Below are positions 8,114 to 19,500 of a stretch of DNA of 44,780 nucleotides, piece by piece. The position numbers and the translations under genes were made by a program. Within the stretch, counting starts at the first letter, position 1, and each line of letters opens with the position of its first letter. This stretch comes from an uncultured Gemmatimonadota bacterium (GTDB lineage: Bacteria > GCA-2686955). The notes under the pieces were generated by a model that was not told where the DNA came from, did no database searches, and worked only from the letters and a program-made list of their open reading frames with translations. The DNA lies in NCBI GenBank assembly GCA_964490075.1, contig CAZBBK010000045.1, positions 1-44,780 on the forward strand, in the 5' to 3' direction.

Positions 8114-9979
8114 ATGAGACGATTGATATCGCTGACCCTGGCCTGCTGGATGGCGCTTCCCGCCTCGGCCGCCGAGCTCTTCTGGGACTTCGAGGACGGG
8201 ATTCCGGGCCAGTACTTCACGACCGAGAACTGGGGCGAACGCGACACGACTTTCGCCCACGGGCCGCGCGCCCCCTTCGACAGCGGGGGCGTGTGGATCG
8301 GCACGCCCGAGGACGACATCGCGGAGTATCCCGGCGAGCTGGTGGCCAGGCTGACGACCACGGAGATCGACCTGCCCTCGATGGCCTTCTCGGCGTTCTA
8401 CGTCAGCTGGGTGCAGTGGGCCGACTTCGAGGGTGTCGCCACCAACTTCGACGGCGTGCACCTGTTGATCTCGACGAGCGGCGGAGTCAGCTGGGAGGTG
8501 GTGGACGATCCGCCCGAGGGGGCCCTACAGCCCGCCTACGACGACGAGATCGCGGCGGGTGGCGGCACTCCGCTCTCGGGGAATTGGGCTTACTGCCACG
8601 ACACCTGCCCCAACCAGGACGAGTGCAGCGGTGCCGGGACCCCCGCCTATCACCTCAGCGGCCGAGCCAAACCCCTGCAGACCGCGGGCGGCGGCGAGCT
8701 GATCTGGAAATCGGTCGCCAGCGAGGACCTGATCGCGCGCGGCTACCTGACTCCGAGCGACCACGTGATGCTGCAGTGGCTCTTCGCCGCCGACCAGCAC
8801 CTCGGCGGCGAGGGCTACTTCATCGACGACGTGCGGATCGCCGACACTCCCCCAGACTGCAACATCCCCCCCAATGTCACGGTCGAGGATCTGGACGACA
8901 CTCCCGAGACCACCGAGGACTACTCGGTGAGCGCGCTGGTCGAGCGAGTCTGCGCCGACGTCGATCCGAGCACCGTCTTTCTCCACTACTACAGCGACGC
9001 CGCGCCCGACACCGCCGAGCTCTTGATGAACGACGACGGCGGAGGCAACTTCTCCGCCGCCATCCCGGCCCAGCCGATCGACACCGACGTCTGGTACTGG
9101 GTGAGCGCCTCGGACGTGGAGCAGAACGCCGGACGATCGGCGACGCTGACCTTCGAAGTCACCAAGGCGATCACCCTGATCCTGGACGACGGGCAACCCT
9201 TCTGGATCGACCTCGACTTCTTTGCCGCCGAGAACGGGCTCGCCGCCGCCTTCGAGGTGCCGCTCTCGCCCGACACCAGCTACGTGCTCTACAAGGCGCT
9301 CTGCTACTTCTCCACGACCGGTCTCTTCGACCTCGGCGTCTGGGATGACGACGGCGATGCCGGCGCCCCCGCCACCCAGCTCTTCGCCGCCGACTCGACC
9401 GCGAACGACGTCACCAACGATTGGTGGACCTTCGAGTTCCCCGATTCGATCCTGGTCTTCGAAGACGGTGTCTTCTACGTCGGATTCACCTTCGTCACGG
9501 GCGACTCCGCCGACAATCCCGCGATCGCCTACGACGCCGACCCGGACCTCGAGGGGGTCAAATGGCGCCTGATCGACGGCACCTGGGCGGTCCACGACGA
9601 CGGCCCCACCGGCGAAACGATGCTGCGGGTCAAGGTGAAGGTCCGAACCACCTCGGGGCTCGATGGTGAAGGCGCGGCCGGCACTGCTCCCACCGCTTTC
9701 AAGGTGCACGGGAACTACCCCAATCCCTTCAATCCAAGAACCGTGATTCGCTACGACCTGCCGGTGGGCCCGGGCCCTGTAGCGGTGCGGGTGAGCGTGT
9801 TCGACCTCGCGGGTCGATCGGTCGCGACTCTGATCGACGCCAATCAACATCCCGGCGCCCACTCGGTCACCTGGTCGGGGACCACCGACGCGGGCGCGCC
9901 GGTCCCCTCGGGCGTCTACTTCTACCGGGTCGAGGCGGGCGAGCACGTGGCGACCCGCAAGATGGTCATCCTGAAGTAG
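8114..9979 (+). CDS. secreted acidic beta-sandwich protein with C-terminal FlgD/T9SS type-A-like domain
   Basis: Signal peptide, WDFEDG...GYFIDDVRI beta-sandwich-like domain, tail NYPNPFNPRTVIRY...GVYFYRV...KMVILK. Confidence 0.8.
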   Translation: MRRLISLTLACWMALPASAAELFWDFEDGIPGQYFTTENWGERDTTFAHGPRAPFDSGGVWIGTPEDDIAEYPGELVARLTTTEIDLPSMAFSAFYVSWVQWADFEGVATNFDGVHLLISTSGGVSWEVVDDPPEGALQPAYDDEIAAGGGTPLSGNWAYCHDTCPNQDECSGAGTPAYHLSGRAKPLQTAGGGELIWKSVASEDLIARGYLTPSDHVMLQWLFAADQHLGGEGYFIDDVRIADTPPDCNIPPNVTVEDLDDTPETTEDYSVSALVERVCADVDPSTVFLHYYSDAAPDTAELLMNDDGGGNFSAAIPAQPIDTDVWYWVSASDVEQNAGRSATLTFEVTKAITLILDDGQPFWIDLDFFAAENGLAAAFEVPLSPDTSYVLYKALCYFSTTGLFDLGVWDDDGDAGAPATQLFAADSTANDVTNDWWTFEFPDSILVFEDGVFYVGFTFVTGDSADNPAIAYDADPDLEGVKWRLIDGTWAVHDDGPTGETMLRVKVKVRTTSGLDGEGAAGTAPTAFKVHGNYPNPFNPRTVIRYDLPVGPGPVAVRVSVFDLAGRSVATLIDANQHPGAHSVTWSGTTDAGAPVPSGVYFYRVEAGEHVATRKMVILK

Positions 9980-11192
9980 CCCGCGGGTCCGGCGAGAAGA
10001 GCGCCCCGGCGAAGCTCACGGCCTGAGCGCGCGCCGGATCGACTGTCTGTCCGTAGGAGAGGAGCCGCCCGCGCAGCGGCCCGGCGAGGTTCAGCAGCAG
10101 CCAGATCGGCGCAAACCCGCAGATTCGCCGAGCGTCTCCATCCTCCAGCAGATGATCGCTCAGCCCCTGCGCATCGCCGGCCAGCACGGTGTCGAGGAGC
10201 TGGTGGTCGCGCACCCGAACACGCTCCAGGTCGTCGTCGCTCAGGGGCTCGGGCGGGTCGCCGAAATGCATGCCGACGTGCGCCAGATCGACCCCCGCCA
10301 CCCACAGGGTCCTGCCACCGGCCGCGTCGAAGACCTCCTTGGCGTGCCCGAGCGCTTCGCTAATCGGCTCCTGGGTCTCGGGGCGGCGCCGATCGTAAAT
10401 CGCCTTGTGGATGGTGCCGCAGAGAATCGGCACGATCGGCACCTCGGAGAGCGAGAGAGCGCGCTGCAGCAGCGGGAGCTGCAGCTCGATCGAGTGCTCC
10501 CAGCGGTGCAGCAGCTCGTCTTGCAGCGAGGGCTCGCCGCAGCGATCGATCAGCTCGCCGACCACCTCCGCATCGCTCTCGATCCGCCCCAGCGGCGTCT
10601 GAAAGGCCTTGCGCGTCAGCACCAGGGGCGACTCCCCCCCCGCGTGGCTGGTGCCCAGCACGACGAGGCGATCGATCGAGGGCGCGAGCTCATCCAGCGT
10701 GGCCCAGAGGGCGCCGTAGACGGCTCGACCTCGGGCGTAGTCGACATGCGGCGATATGACGGCCAGCGGCTGCTCCCCCGGCAGCGGCTGCGGCGTGGAG
10801 CTTTCGAGCAGCTCGTCGAAGAACTCGCGACACCGCTGCGCGTCGGCCGGGTAGACCGCGCCGGAATGGGCCGGCTCCCGCACCGGGGAGCGCTCGAGCA
10901 CCCGGCGCGCCTCGCGCTCGCGTGCGCGACCTGTCGCGTCGTCCAACAAGCCCGCCGCGGAGAGACGTTGTAGGAGCCCCACGACCTCGTCCTCGGCAAT
11001 GGCGGCATCGAGTCGATCGCCCACCGCGAGGGCGATCTGAGGTGCGCTGAAGACCCCGTTCAGGTGAGCGACGACCAGCGCCTCGCGCACATCGAGGGGA
11101 AAGAGGCGCCCGTCGAAAGGATCGCGCAACGCCAGCGAGCCGCTCTGATTGCAGAGCTCCAGGGCACGCAAGCGAGGCAGGGCGGGAGTCAC
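9966..11192 (-). CDS. amrB: AmmeMemoRadiSam protein B (MEMO1 family) with N-terminal PqqD/winged-helix-like extension
   Basis: REPAHSGAVYP, ISPHVDY, LGTSH, EHSIELQLP, DLAHVG, ICGFAP motifs. Confidence 0.8.
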   Translation of the reverse strand: MTPALPRLRALELCNQSGSLALRDPFDGRLFPLDVREALVVAHLNGVFSAPQIALAVGDRLDAAIAEDEVVGLLQRLSAAGLLDDATGRAREREARRVLERSPVREPAHSGAVYPADAQRCREFFDELLESSTPQPLPGEQPLAVISPHVDYARGRAVYGALWATLDELAPSIDRLVVLGTSHAGGESPLVLTRKAFQTPLGRIESDAEVVGELIDRCGEPSLQDELLHRWEHSIELQLPLLQRALSLSEVPIVPILCGTIHKAIYDRRRPETQEPISEALGHAKEVFDAAGGRTLWVAGVDLAHVGMHFGDPPEPLSDDDLERVRVRDHQLLDTVLAGDAQGLSDHLLEDGDARRICGFAPIWLLLNLAGPLRGRLLSYGQTVDPARAQAVSFAGALFSPDPRATSG

Positions 11193-11344
11193 GGCGGGAA
11201 TCCTCTATTGGCGGTCGACGCATTGCGCACCGACCGACACACTCCCGCCAGCATATCCTCCTCCTCGCGTGGTCCATTCTTGAAATGCGCCGCGAATGGC
11301 CGCGCCGCGATCGCCATCCGCCCGGAATCCGAGGAGCCCGACCC

Positions 11345-11890
11345 ATGCCATTGGTACGCCGCGAAGACGCATTGCTCTTTATCATCGACATTCAGGAACG
11401 CCTGGTGCCGGCGATGCACGCCGCCGAGTCGTTGATCGAGAGGTGCACGAAGTTGATCGACATCGCGGTTGCCCTGGGGTTGCCGATCGTGGCCACCGAG
11501 CAGTACCGCAAGGGCCTCGGTGCGACGCTGCCGGTCCTCGCCGAACGCCTCGCCCGCGCGCCGGTGTTCGACAAGACCAGCTTCAGCGCCATGGCCGACG
11601 GACCGACCCGGGAGGCGCTGCGCCGGTCGGGGCGAGGGACGCTGATCATCGCCGGCATCGAAGCCCACGTTTGCGTACTGCAGACGGCCATCGAAGCGGT
11701 GGAGGAGGGTTTCGAGGTCTTCGTGGTGGCCGACGCCACGACCTCGCGGCGCCCCCTGGATCATGAGACGGCGCTGGCTCGATTGCGTCGCTCGGGCGCG
11801 ACCGTGACGACCCTGGAGAGCGTCGCGTTCGAGTGCATGCGAAAGGCCGCAACCCGCGAGTTCAAGACCGTGAGCCGGTTGATTCGCTAG
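11345..11890 (+). CDS. isochorismatase family cysteine hydrolase
   Basis: IIDIQERL, TEQYRKGLG, DKTSFSA, GIEAHVCVLQTA; start ATG 11345 after GAGGAG. Confidence 0.9.
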   Translation: MPLVRREDALLFIIDIQERLVPAMHAAESLIERCTKLIDIAVALGLPIVATEQYRKGLGATLPVLAERLARAPVFDKTSFSAMADGPTREALRRSGRGTLIIAGIEAHVCVLQTAIEAVEEGFEVFVVADATTSRRPLDHETALARLRRSGATVTTLESVAFECMRKAATREFKTVSRLIR

Positions 11891-12846
11891 GAGGATTCTG
11901 GATGCCAGCGCGGCGTCAGCGGCGGCAGCATCAGCTCCAGCACCGAGAACAGGTCGTTCAGGCAGGTCGCCGTGACGGCGTGCCCGCCTCTGAGCAGGCC
12001 GGTGGCCTGCGCCTCCAGCTCGCGTAGCAGAGGGATCGGCGCCGCCAAGGTGCCCAGCAGCAGCGATCTCCGGTGGCCAAGCCAGCGCTCCCGGGACGAT
12101 GCGACCCAGAGCGAGAGCAGACGACGGGCGATCGAGCGGTGCAGATGCTCCGGAGCGCGCGGCAACAGCTGCGCCAGGACCCGGAGTCCCAGCACGGTCG
12201 GTTCGCCGGCCAGCGCACTCTGGAGCACGGGATCGATCGCTCCATGGCATTCGATCCGCGCCGGCCCCGCGACCGAGGCGGCTCGAGCCACCACCGCGGC
12301 CGGCCACGGCGCCTGGGACAGCTCGCGCGCCAGGCGATCGAGCTCCTCATCACTCACCAGGGCCGAGGCGACCTCCAGGACGGCAAGGGGCTCGCCTTCG
12401 ACCCAGACCGCCGAACCTTCCACGAGCGGATCCTCGCCGCGAAGCAGACAGCCGAGCTCTTCCTCGGCGCGCATGAGATTGCCTCCCTCGGCGCCGAGCA
12501 GCCCCCGCGCGCGCAGCGGCGGCTCATCGACCGTAGGATCCGCCTCCAACTCCACGACCACATCGTCCAGATCGTGCTGCACCAGCATCCCGGCCAGGCT
12601 CTGCGGTGTCAGATCGATGCCGCAGCTCGCTCCTTGCCCGGTCGCTTCGGTGGGGTGAGCGATGCGGCTCGCGAGCCAGCGTCGGGTCCAGGAGAGACGG
12701 GTATCCGGCACCTGCAGGATCAGTCGCTGTCCAACGGCCAGACGATCGAGAACGCGATCCATGTCGATCGGCAGATCGTCCAGGGAAAGCTCGATATCGA
12801 GTGACGCCGGGCACTCGGGTCGGGGGGGGAGGAGATGAGGGGACAT
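11887..12846 (-). CDS. hypothetical protein
   Basis: 319-aa ORF with protein-like composition and a GGAGAGG RBS; no recognisable motif. Confidence 0.55.
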   Translation of the reverse strand: MSPHLLPPRPECPASLDIELSLDDLPIDMDRVLDRLAVGQRLILQVPDTRLSWTRRWLASRIAHPTEATGQGASCGIDLTPQSLAGMLVQHDLDDVVVELEADPTVDEPPLRARGLLGAEGGNLMRAEEELGCLLRGEDPLVEGSAVWVEGEPLAVLEVASALVSDEELDRLARELSQAPWPAAVVARAASVAGPARIECHGAIDPVLQSALAGEPTVLGLRVLAQLLPRAPEHLHRSIARRLLSLWVASSRERWLGHRRSLLLGTLAAPIPLLRELEAQATGLLRGGHAVTATCLNDLFSVLELMLPPLTPRWHPESS

Positions 12847-12924
12847 CCTCTCCCAAGATCGACATGAGCGCCCATCGCCCTTGAAGTTGCGCGAAAAGAG
12901 AGCAGCGCGCGAATCGGAATCCGC

Positions 12925-13716
12925 TCAAGGACGGTCGGCGCGCCGCGCCTTCTTGCGTTGGGCCGATCGGGCGCGCCGCATCTTTTCGCGTTGCTCCTCG
13001 ATCTCTTGCCTCCGGGAGCCGTTCGCCTTCAGCTTCTCGGCACGGCCGTTGGCCCGGGATGAGCGTAACTCGGCCTTCGGTGGCCGCCGCTTGGTGGCCT
13101 CGTTTCGCCACCGGCTCTCGATGTGCTGCGGGTGCTCGTCAGCGTATCGATTCAAGGCCGCCGAGTACTCGGGATACTCATCGGCGTGCTTCAGCACGTA
13201 GCCGGTCCTGCTCTCCGAGTTCCACGCCTCGTCGCGCCACTGGGGACGGGCCTTTAGCAGCTTGGCCTGTTCGCGCGCGAGCGCCGGCTTCTTGCGCAGC
13301 TGGTCGACCAGGAAGCCCTCGTTTCCACCGTCTCCCAGGATGCTGCGCACGCGATTGGGATCGCGCTCGATCTCGCGAACCGCCGCACGCGCCGCGGTCG
13401 GGTGGGCGTGGTAGTAGTCCCCGATCCTGCGTGCGAGGTCGGAGTTGCGCGCCAGCTGGTCGAGCGCCGAGCGATTCTCGAGAAAGTAGTGCGCCGCCTC
13501 CCGGGTGTCCGCCGGATAGGACTCCAGGTGCAGAGGTGCATCATCGCGCAGCGCCCTGGCCAGCTCGGGATGCGCGGCGAGCTCCAGCGCGTAGACCCGA
13601 GTCTCGCGGGGCCACGACGCGAGCGTCACCACGAAATGCTCGACTTCCGCCGCCGCGGCCGGGAAGGTCGCAAAGGCGGTGAGGTGTATCAACAGGAGCG
13701 AGAGAAGGCGACGCAT
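12925..13716 (-). CDS. secreted helical hypothetical protein (weak DUF3300-like resemblance) with basic C-terminal tail
   Basis: Signal peptide MRRLLSLLLIHLTAFATFPAAAA from ATG 13716; sigma54-type site upstream. Confidence 0.6.
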   Translation of the reverse strand: MRRLLSLLLIHLTAFATFPAAAAEVEHFVVTLASWPRETRVYALELAAHPELARALRDDAPLHLESYPADTREAAHYFLENRSALDQLARNSDLARRIGDYYHAHPTAARAAVREIERDPNRVRSILGDGGNEGFLVDQLRKKPALAREQAKLLKARPQWRDEAWNSESRTGYVLKHADEYPEYSAALNRYADEHPQHIESRWRNEATKRRPPKAELRSSRANGRAEKLKANGSRRQEIEEQREKMRRARSAQRKKARRADRP

Positions 13717-13807
13717 GATGGAAGGATCTGGCAGTGTTCGGGGGTGGTTGGGCGCTCTGCGCACCGATGACCGGTGGCTCGGACGAGCACTCCCGCGTGC
13801 AAACCTA

Positions 13808-13823
13808 TGCAAGCCTCGTTCCA
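13808..13823 (-). promoter_or_regulatory. sigma54 -24/-12 promoter
   Basis: Minus strand TGGAACG-AGGC-TTGCA, 92 bp upstream of ATG 13716. Confidence 0.6.
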
Positions 13824-13900
13824 GGCCCAGAATAGGCCAAGGCAATGAGACTTCGGTCCGGGCCACGCGACCGGTGGACTGCCATGGAGACGCCGCCGTC

Positions 13901-14665
13901 CTATTTCGAGGACAATCCGGAGTCGAGCTCCACCGCATCACCCTCCAGGCCCACCGAATCGAGGATTCTGGACAGCAACCGATAGAGATCGGATGCCGGC
14001 TGCAGGCGACCGAGCCGCCCCCTCAAAGTCTCGACCGATTCCGCGTCGTCGAGATCCGCCAGCGGCTCCAACAGAACCGGGCGCTGCCCTTCCTCGGTGC
14101 ATCGCTGCAGCAGCGCGCGCAGCGCCCGCGGTCCCCGCCAGGGAATGCTGCGCAGGAGCTTCGCGGGCGAAGAGCAGAACCCCAGCAGATAGAAACCGCC
14201 ATCGGGCGACGGGCCGATCACCAGCGCTTCACCCTCGGCGAGCAGCGACAGCGCTCGCGTCATATGACGCACCCGGATCTCCGCGATATCGCCCCCCACC
14301 GCAATCACGTGCGCGTAGCCGAGCCCGAGCGCCCCATCGACGGCGCAGCGGAATCTGGCTCCGAACCCGTCCCCGAAGACCGGTACGTCGGCCAGGCACC
14401 GTTCCCCTCCCACGACCTGTCGGACCACCGGCCGCAGACCGCGCTCCTGGTCTCCGGCCAGCACCAGATCGACGTCGGGCGGCAGACCTCGGATCGCGGT
14501 CAACACCGAAACCAGGACCGCCCGGTGGATCTCCTGTCCCCGCGTTCCCAGCGGCTTGATCGCGCTCTCCGCGCTCGGTGCACGGGCGAAGAGCAGGACC
14601 GCACGCGGCAAAAGGGGCAGCGTGAGCTGTGTCGCGGAGGGGACGGAGCGATCCATGCCCCCCAC
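13901..14665 (-). CDS. DUF2064 / TIGR04282-like nucleotidyl/glycosyltransferase-fold protein
   Basis: LLFARAP, GDGFGARF, VGGDIAEI, IGPSPDGGFYLLG, LADLDD motifs. Confidence 0.8.
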   Translation of the reverse strand: MGGMDRSVPSATQLTLPLLPRAVLLFARAPSAESAIKPLGTRGQEIHRAVLVSVLTAIRGLPPDVDLVLAGDQERGLRPVVRQVVGGERCLADVPVFGDGFGARFRCAVDGALGLGYAHVIAVGGDIAEIRVRHMTRALSLLAEGEALVIGPSPDGGFYLLGFCSSPAKLLRSIPWRGPRALRALLQRCTEEGQRPVLLEPLADLDDAESVETLRGRLGRLQPASDLYRLLSRILDSVGLEGDAVELDSGLSSK

Positions 14666-14689
14666 TATAGACTCCCCGACCCTGTCCGG

Positions 14690-16066
<1,377 letters not shown>

Positions 16067-16232
16067 CCGCTTCTCCCTCTCGTGTTCCCGAGGCCTCCGC
16101 CGCAGGGATGGCGCTGCTACTCGCCACCCGCACGCGTAAGGAAGGGCATCGGGCCGAGGACGTCTTCCATCTTCGAGAGCCGGGGGGTCACCAGGCGCGG
16201 GTGTGGGTCGGCGGGACGGACCGAAGTCGAGG

Positions 16233-16248
16233 TGCAATCTCCATGCCA
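16233..16248 (-). promoter_or_regulatory. sigma54 -24/-12 promoter of the sigma70 paralogue
   Basis: Minus strand TGGCATG-GAGA-TTGCA. Confidence 0.75.
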
Positions 16249-16493
16249 CATCCGGAGCGTCTCCGGGGCCTCCTTCGGCAGCAGCCGGGGACGCGGATTG
16301 AGGCCCGAGATCGCCGCTTTACGCTCGGGAGAGCGCCCGCCAGGAGGACCGATCGGCGCGCCTGCGTAGTTGACTTCAGGTGTAGATCCACCTGCGCAGC
16401 AAGGAGATAGGGCGCAAGACCGTGGATCGAGGCGAGCTCGGCACCGCTCCGGCGATGAGATCGGAGGAGTCTGGGGAGAGCGGCCGGAGTCGG

Positions 16494-16524
16494 AGGGGCG
16501 TTGCCGGAGGCCGGCATCGCCCCT
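16494..16524. other. GC-rich intergenic hairpin, possible terminator or stabiliser after the metalloprotease gene
   Basis: AGGGGCG-T-TGCCGG AGG CCGGCA-T-CGCCCCT; no U-tract. Confidence 0.35.
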
Positions 16525-16592
16525 GGTGGAAATACCCCATTGTCGCGCGCGATCTCGCGCTATTTGGCCCATCCGGGAGTGGCCGCGCCGCG

Positions 16593-19500
16593 CTATTTGA
16601 TCAGCAGCATCCTGCGGCTCGCGCTGAAGCTGCCGGCCCGAATCCGATAGAGGTAGACCCCCGAAGGGACCTCCGCTCCGCTCTCGGCAGAACCGTTCCA
16701 ACGGACCGCGTGACGGCCCGCGGCGACCGGGCGGTCCGCCAGGGTTTTGACGCGGCGGCCGCCGAGATCATAGACCACCAGCTCCACGAGACTCGCCTGG
16801 GGCAGATCGAAGGAGATCGTGGTCACTGGATTGAAGGGGTTCGGCGAATTCTGGGCCAGCGCGGCGCGGCTCGGGATTCCCGGCCCCTGCCCGCGACGCA
16901 CCGAGATCTCGTGAGAGCCAAATGCCTCGCCCGTCTCCGCATCCACGGTGGTGATTCGGTAGCGATAGAGGCCGTCGGCCTGTGCGTCCTGATCGAGGAA
17001 CTCGCTCAGGCGAACGATCAGCTGGTCGTTCAGGCGCGTGCCGCGACCGTCTTCGACGCGGTCGATCTGCACGCCCGCAAGCTCCGCGCCGGCACCGACC
17101 AGGCGCCACGCGATCCGATTGCCTTCGGGCAAGGCGAGGGCACTGAGCTCGACGGCGCGAAGCCCGACGGGGACCCCGAAGAGCTGCAGCACATCGGAGA
17201 GCACGCGCCGGAGAGGCGTCGAGTCGTTGCCTCCGCTGACGCCCTCCAGGTTGAAGGGCAGGTAGACCAGCCGGTAGCCGCCTTCGTAGACCACGCCCGC
17301 GCCCAGCGCCGTGCCGGCGTAGACCAGCGCGTCTCTCGCTCCCCCCAGCGCCCGTATCGCATCCGGAGAATCCCAGTTGTCGGCGCCGCCTTCGCCGGTG
17401 AAGAAGAGCAACCACTCGGAGCTCAGCGGATCGGTCTCGACCCCTTCGGCGAGGGGCAACATGGCGTCATCCTGCACATGCTCAGACTTCAAGTAATATG
17501 AGAAGAAATCATCAGATCCTATTTCTTGGCCTATGTTTTTCCCGCTAAGAAGGAGGTTGCCGCCGCGCTCGAAATGGTCGGTCAGGAGCGCGCGTTCGCC
17601 TGGATCCAGGGTGCCCGTGGTGGCGTTGCCGCAGAACCAGATCACCGTTTCGAAGCCGGCCAGCGGATCGAAGCCGAGCTCCGGCGTCGCTCGACGGGTC
17701 CACCGATTCGGAAGGCTGCCGAGCTCGGCGAGCGGCTCTTCGTAGTAGTGGGCGAAGTCCTCGGTCGGATCATCGTCGACCAGCAGAAGTCCGCCGCGGC
17801 CGATGCGCACATCGAGGGTGTCGCTGCGGCTGAAGAAGTTGGGCTCGACCGAGAGGTCGACGATGAGCTGGACGTCCTCCACCTCGCTGATCCCCGCGTC
17901 CACCTCCAGCAGGAAGGGATCTTGAGAGTTGTCTCCCGCTTCTCCGGGTGACAGGTCGGGGATGCTGGAATTCTGTTTGGTCACCTGGAGCTTGGTGGAA
18001 AGAGAGCGCAGCGAGGCGCTGAGCTCGGTGGCCGCCATCGCCCCCGCCGGCAGCAGGTACTCCACCACGAGGGTCATCTGGTCCCCGGGATCGGCGACCA
18101 GGTCTGGCGCCTCGGCGTCGTACATGACGGCGCTCGCCAGCCCCAGCATCTCCACGAAACCATGGTCCGCCAGCGCCGGGTAGAGCTGGGCGCCGTGCGG
18201 TGTGCCGTTGCTGAGATCGCCGTCGTCGTCGTCCATCAGGAGGTAGTCGACGTAGTAGTCCATGTCATTGTCGGCATGGCCGTAGCGGGCGAAATGCCAG
18301 AGCGAGTCCGAGAGCGCCACCCCGCTCTCCTCGCCCAGTACGTCGATCAGATTGGCGCGGGCGTCCCAGAGCGCGCCGCAGTGGGTCTCGCCCACGCAAT
18401 GGACCTCGCCGCCGCACTCCGGCGCGGGGTAGACGCGCTCGTTGACGCAGTCTCTCAGATGGCTTCCCGGGCCGAAGAAGCCACGCCCGACGCGCGAGTC
18501 GTTCATGATGGTGACCGCGAGATAGTCGGAGAATCCCTCGTGCATCGCACCGGTCGCGTTGCCGCCCGATGCCCACTGCGTGACTCCGTGACCGTACTCG
18601 TGATAGATCACGTCGGCGATCTTGCCGATGCTGGGGCAGCCGCCTCCGCCGCGGTAGAAGGTCATGCCGAATCCGTCCCAGAAGGCGTTGCAGGAGCCTG
18701 CGGCTTCGACGCGCGCGCGCATGTCATAGTCGAGCGAGTTGAATCCGGGATCGATCGACTTCATGTAGTCGTGCACCACGCCGGTGTGGAAGTAGACGTT
18801 GCGCTCCGAGATCAGCGAGTTCTCGTCGTCCCACACCAAGTCGGTGCGCTGATTGGCCGGAGCGACCTGAGCCAGCGCGGCGTCGGAGCCGGCCATGTTG
18901 CGCACCCGCACCCAGAGCCCCTCTAGCCGGCTCTCCACGTCGTGGTCGCCGGCCGAGACATCCGCGCGCCAGGTTCCCGTCTCGTCGCTCTGGATGTCGG
19001 GGCCGGCGTCGATCGAGATATCCTCGTAGGCGAAGTCGCGGTACTCAGGCTCATCGGAGGGCGTGACCGGGAGGATCGGTCCGCCGATCTTGCCACCGAT
19101 CTGCGCGTACCGGATCTCGTTGTGGCGGGCGATCACCACAGCGTTGACCGCGTCGATCAGCTGAACCCAACGGCCGGGAGGATCGGCGGTCGTGGCCACG
19201 ACCTGCCACGCCAGCGCATAACCCAGCTCGCGACGGTCGGCGATCGGGACGATCACCAGCTTCGCGGGCCGGTCGGCGGCCGCGACCCCGTGCACCGCCG
19301 CGGCGCCCGTGGCGGCCGCATGGGCGGCGCTGATCTCCGGTCTGGTATCGAGATCGAGCTCGGGGTGCGTGTTCACGCCGATCAGCGTCAGGCGGCCGTC
19401 GGGCATGATGCGCAGATCGAGCCTCGCCCCGAGCACCGGCAGACCATCGAAGAGGCGCTCGTAGACCACGAACCAGCGCCCGCCGGCCCGGCGCGCGTGC

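Noticed and set aside
12822-12829. G8 tract near the 5' end of the 319-aa ORF as a phase-variation switch
   Set aside because: A short run in high-GC DNA encoding Pro-Pro with the frame intact; too weak alone.
13901-14665. Arsenosugar biosynthesis cluster
   Set aside because: Only the DUF2064 gene is present, with no ArsS radical SAM, ArsM or partner glycosyltransferase nearby.
16067-16249. N-terminal extension of the sigma factor given by the ORF track
   Set aside because: It overlaps the sigma54 promoter and is R/P-rich; TTG 16066 has an RBS. The extensions given for lexA, the M1 and M36 peptidases, rnc, etfA, fabD and others were trimmed on similar grounds.
16250-16592. Riboswitch (for example c-di-GMP) upstream of the sigma factor
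   Set aside because: Short hairpins exist but no recognisable aptamer consensus, and the region is upstream of the sigma54 promoter.
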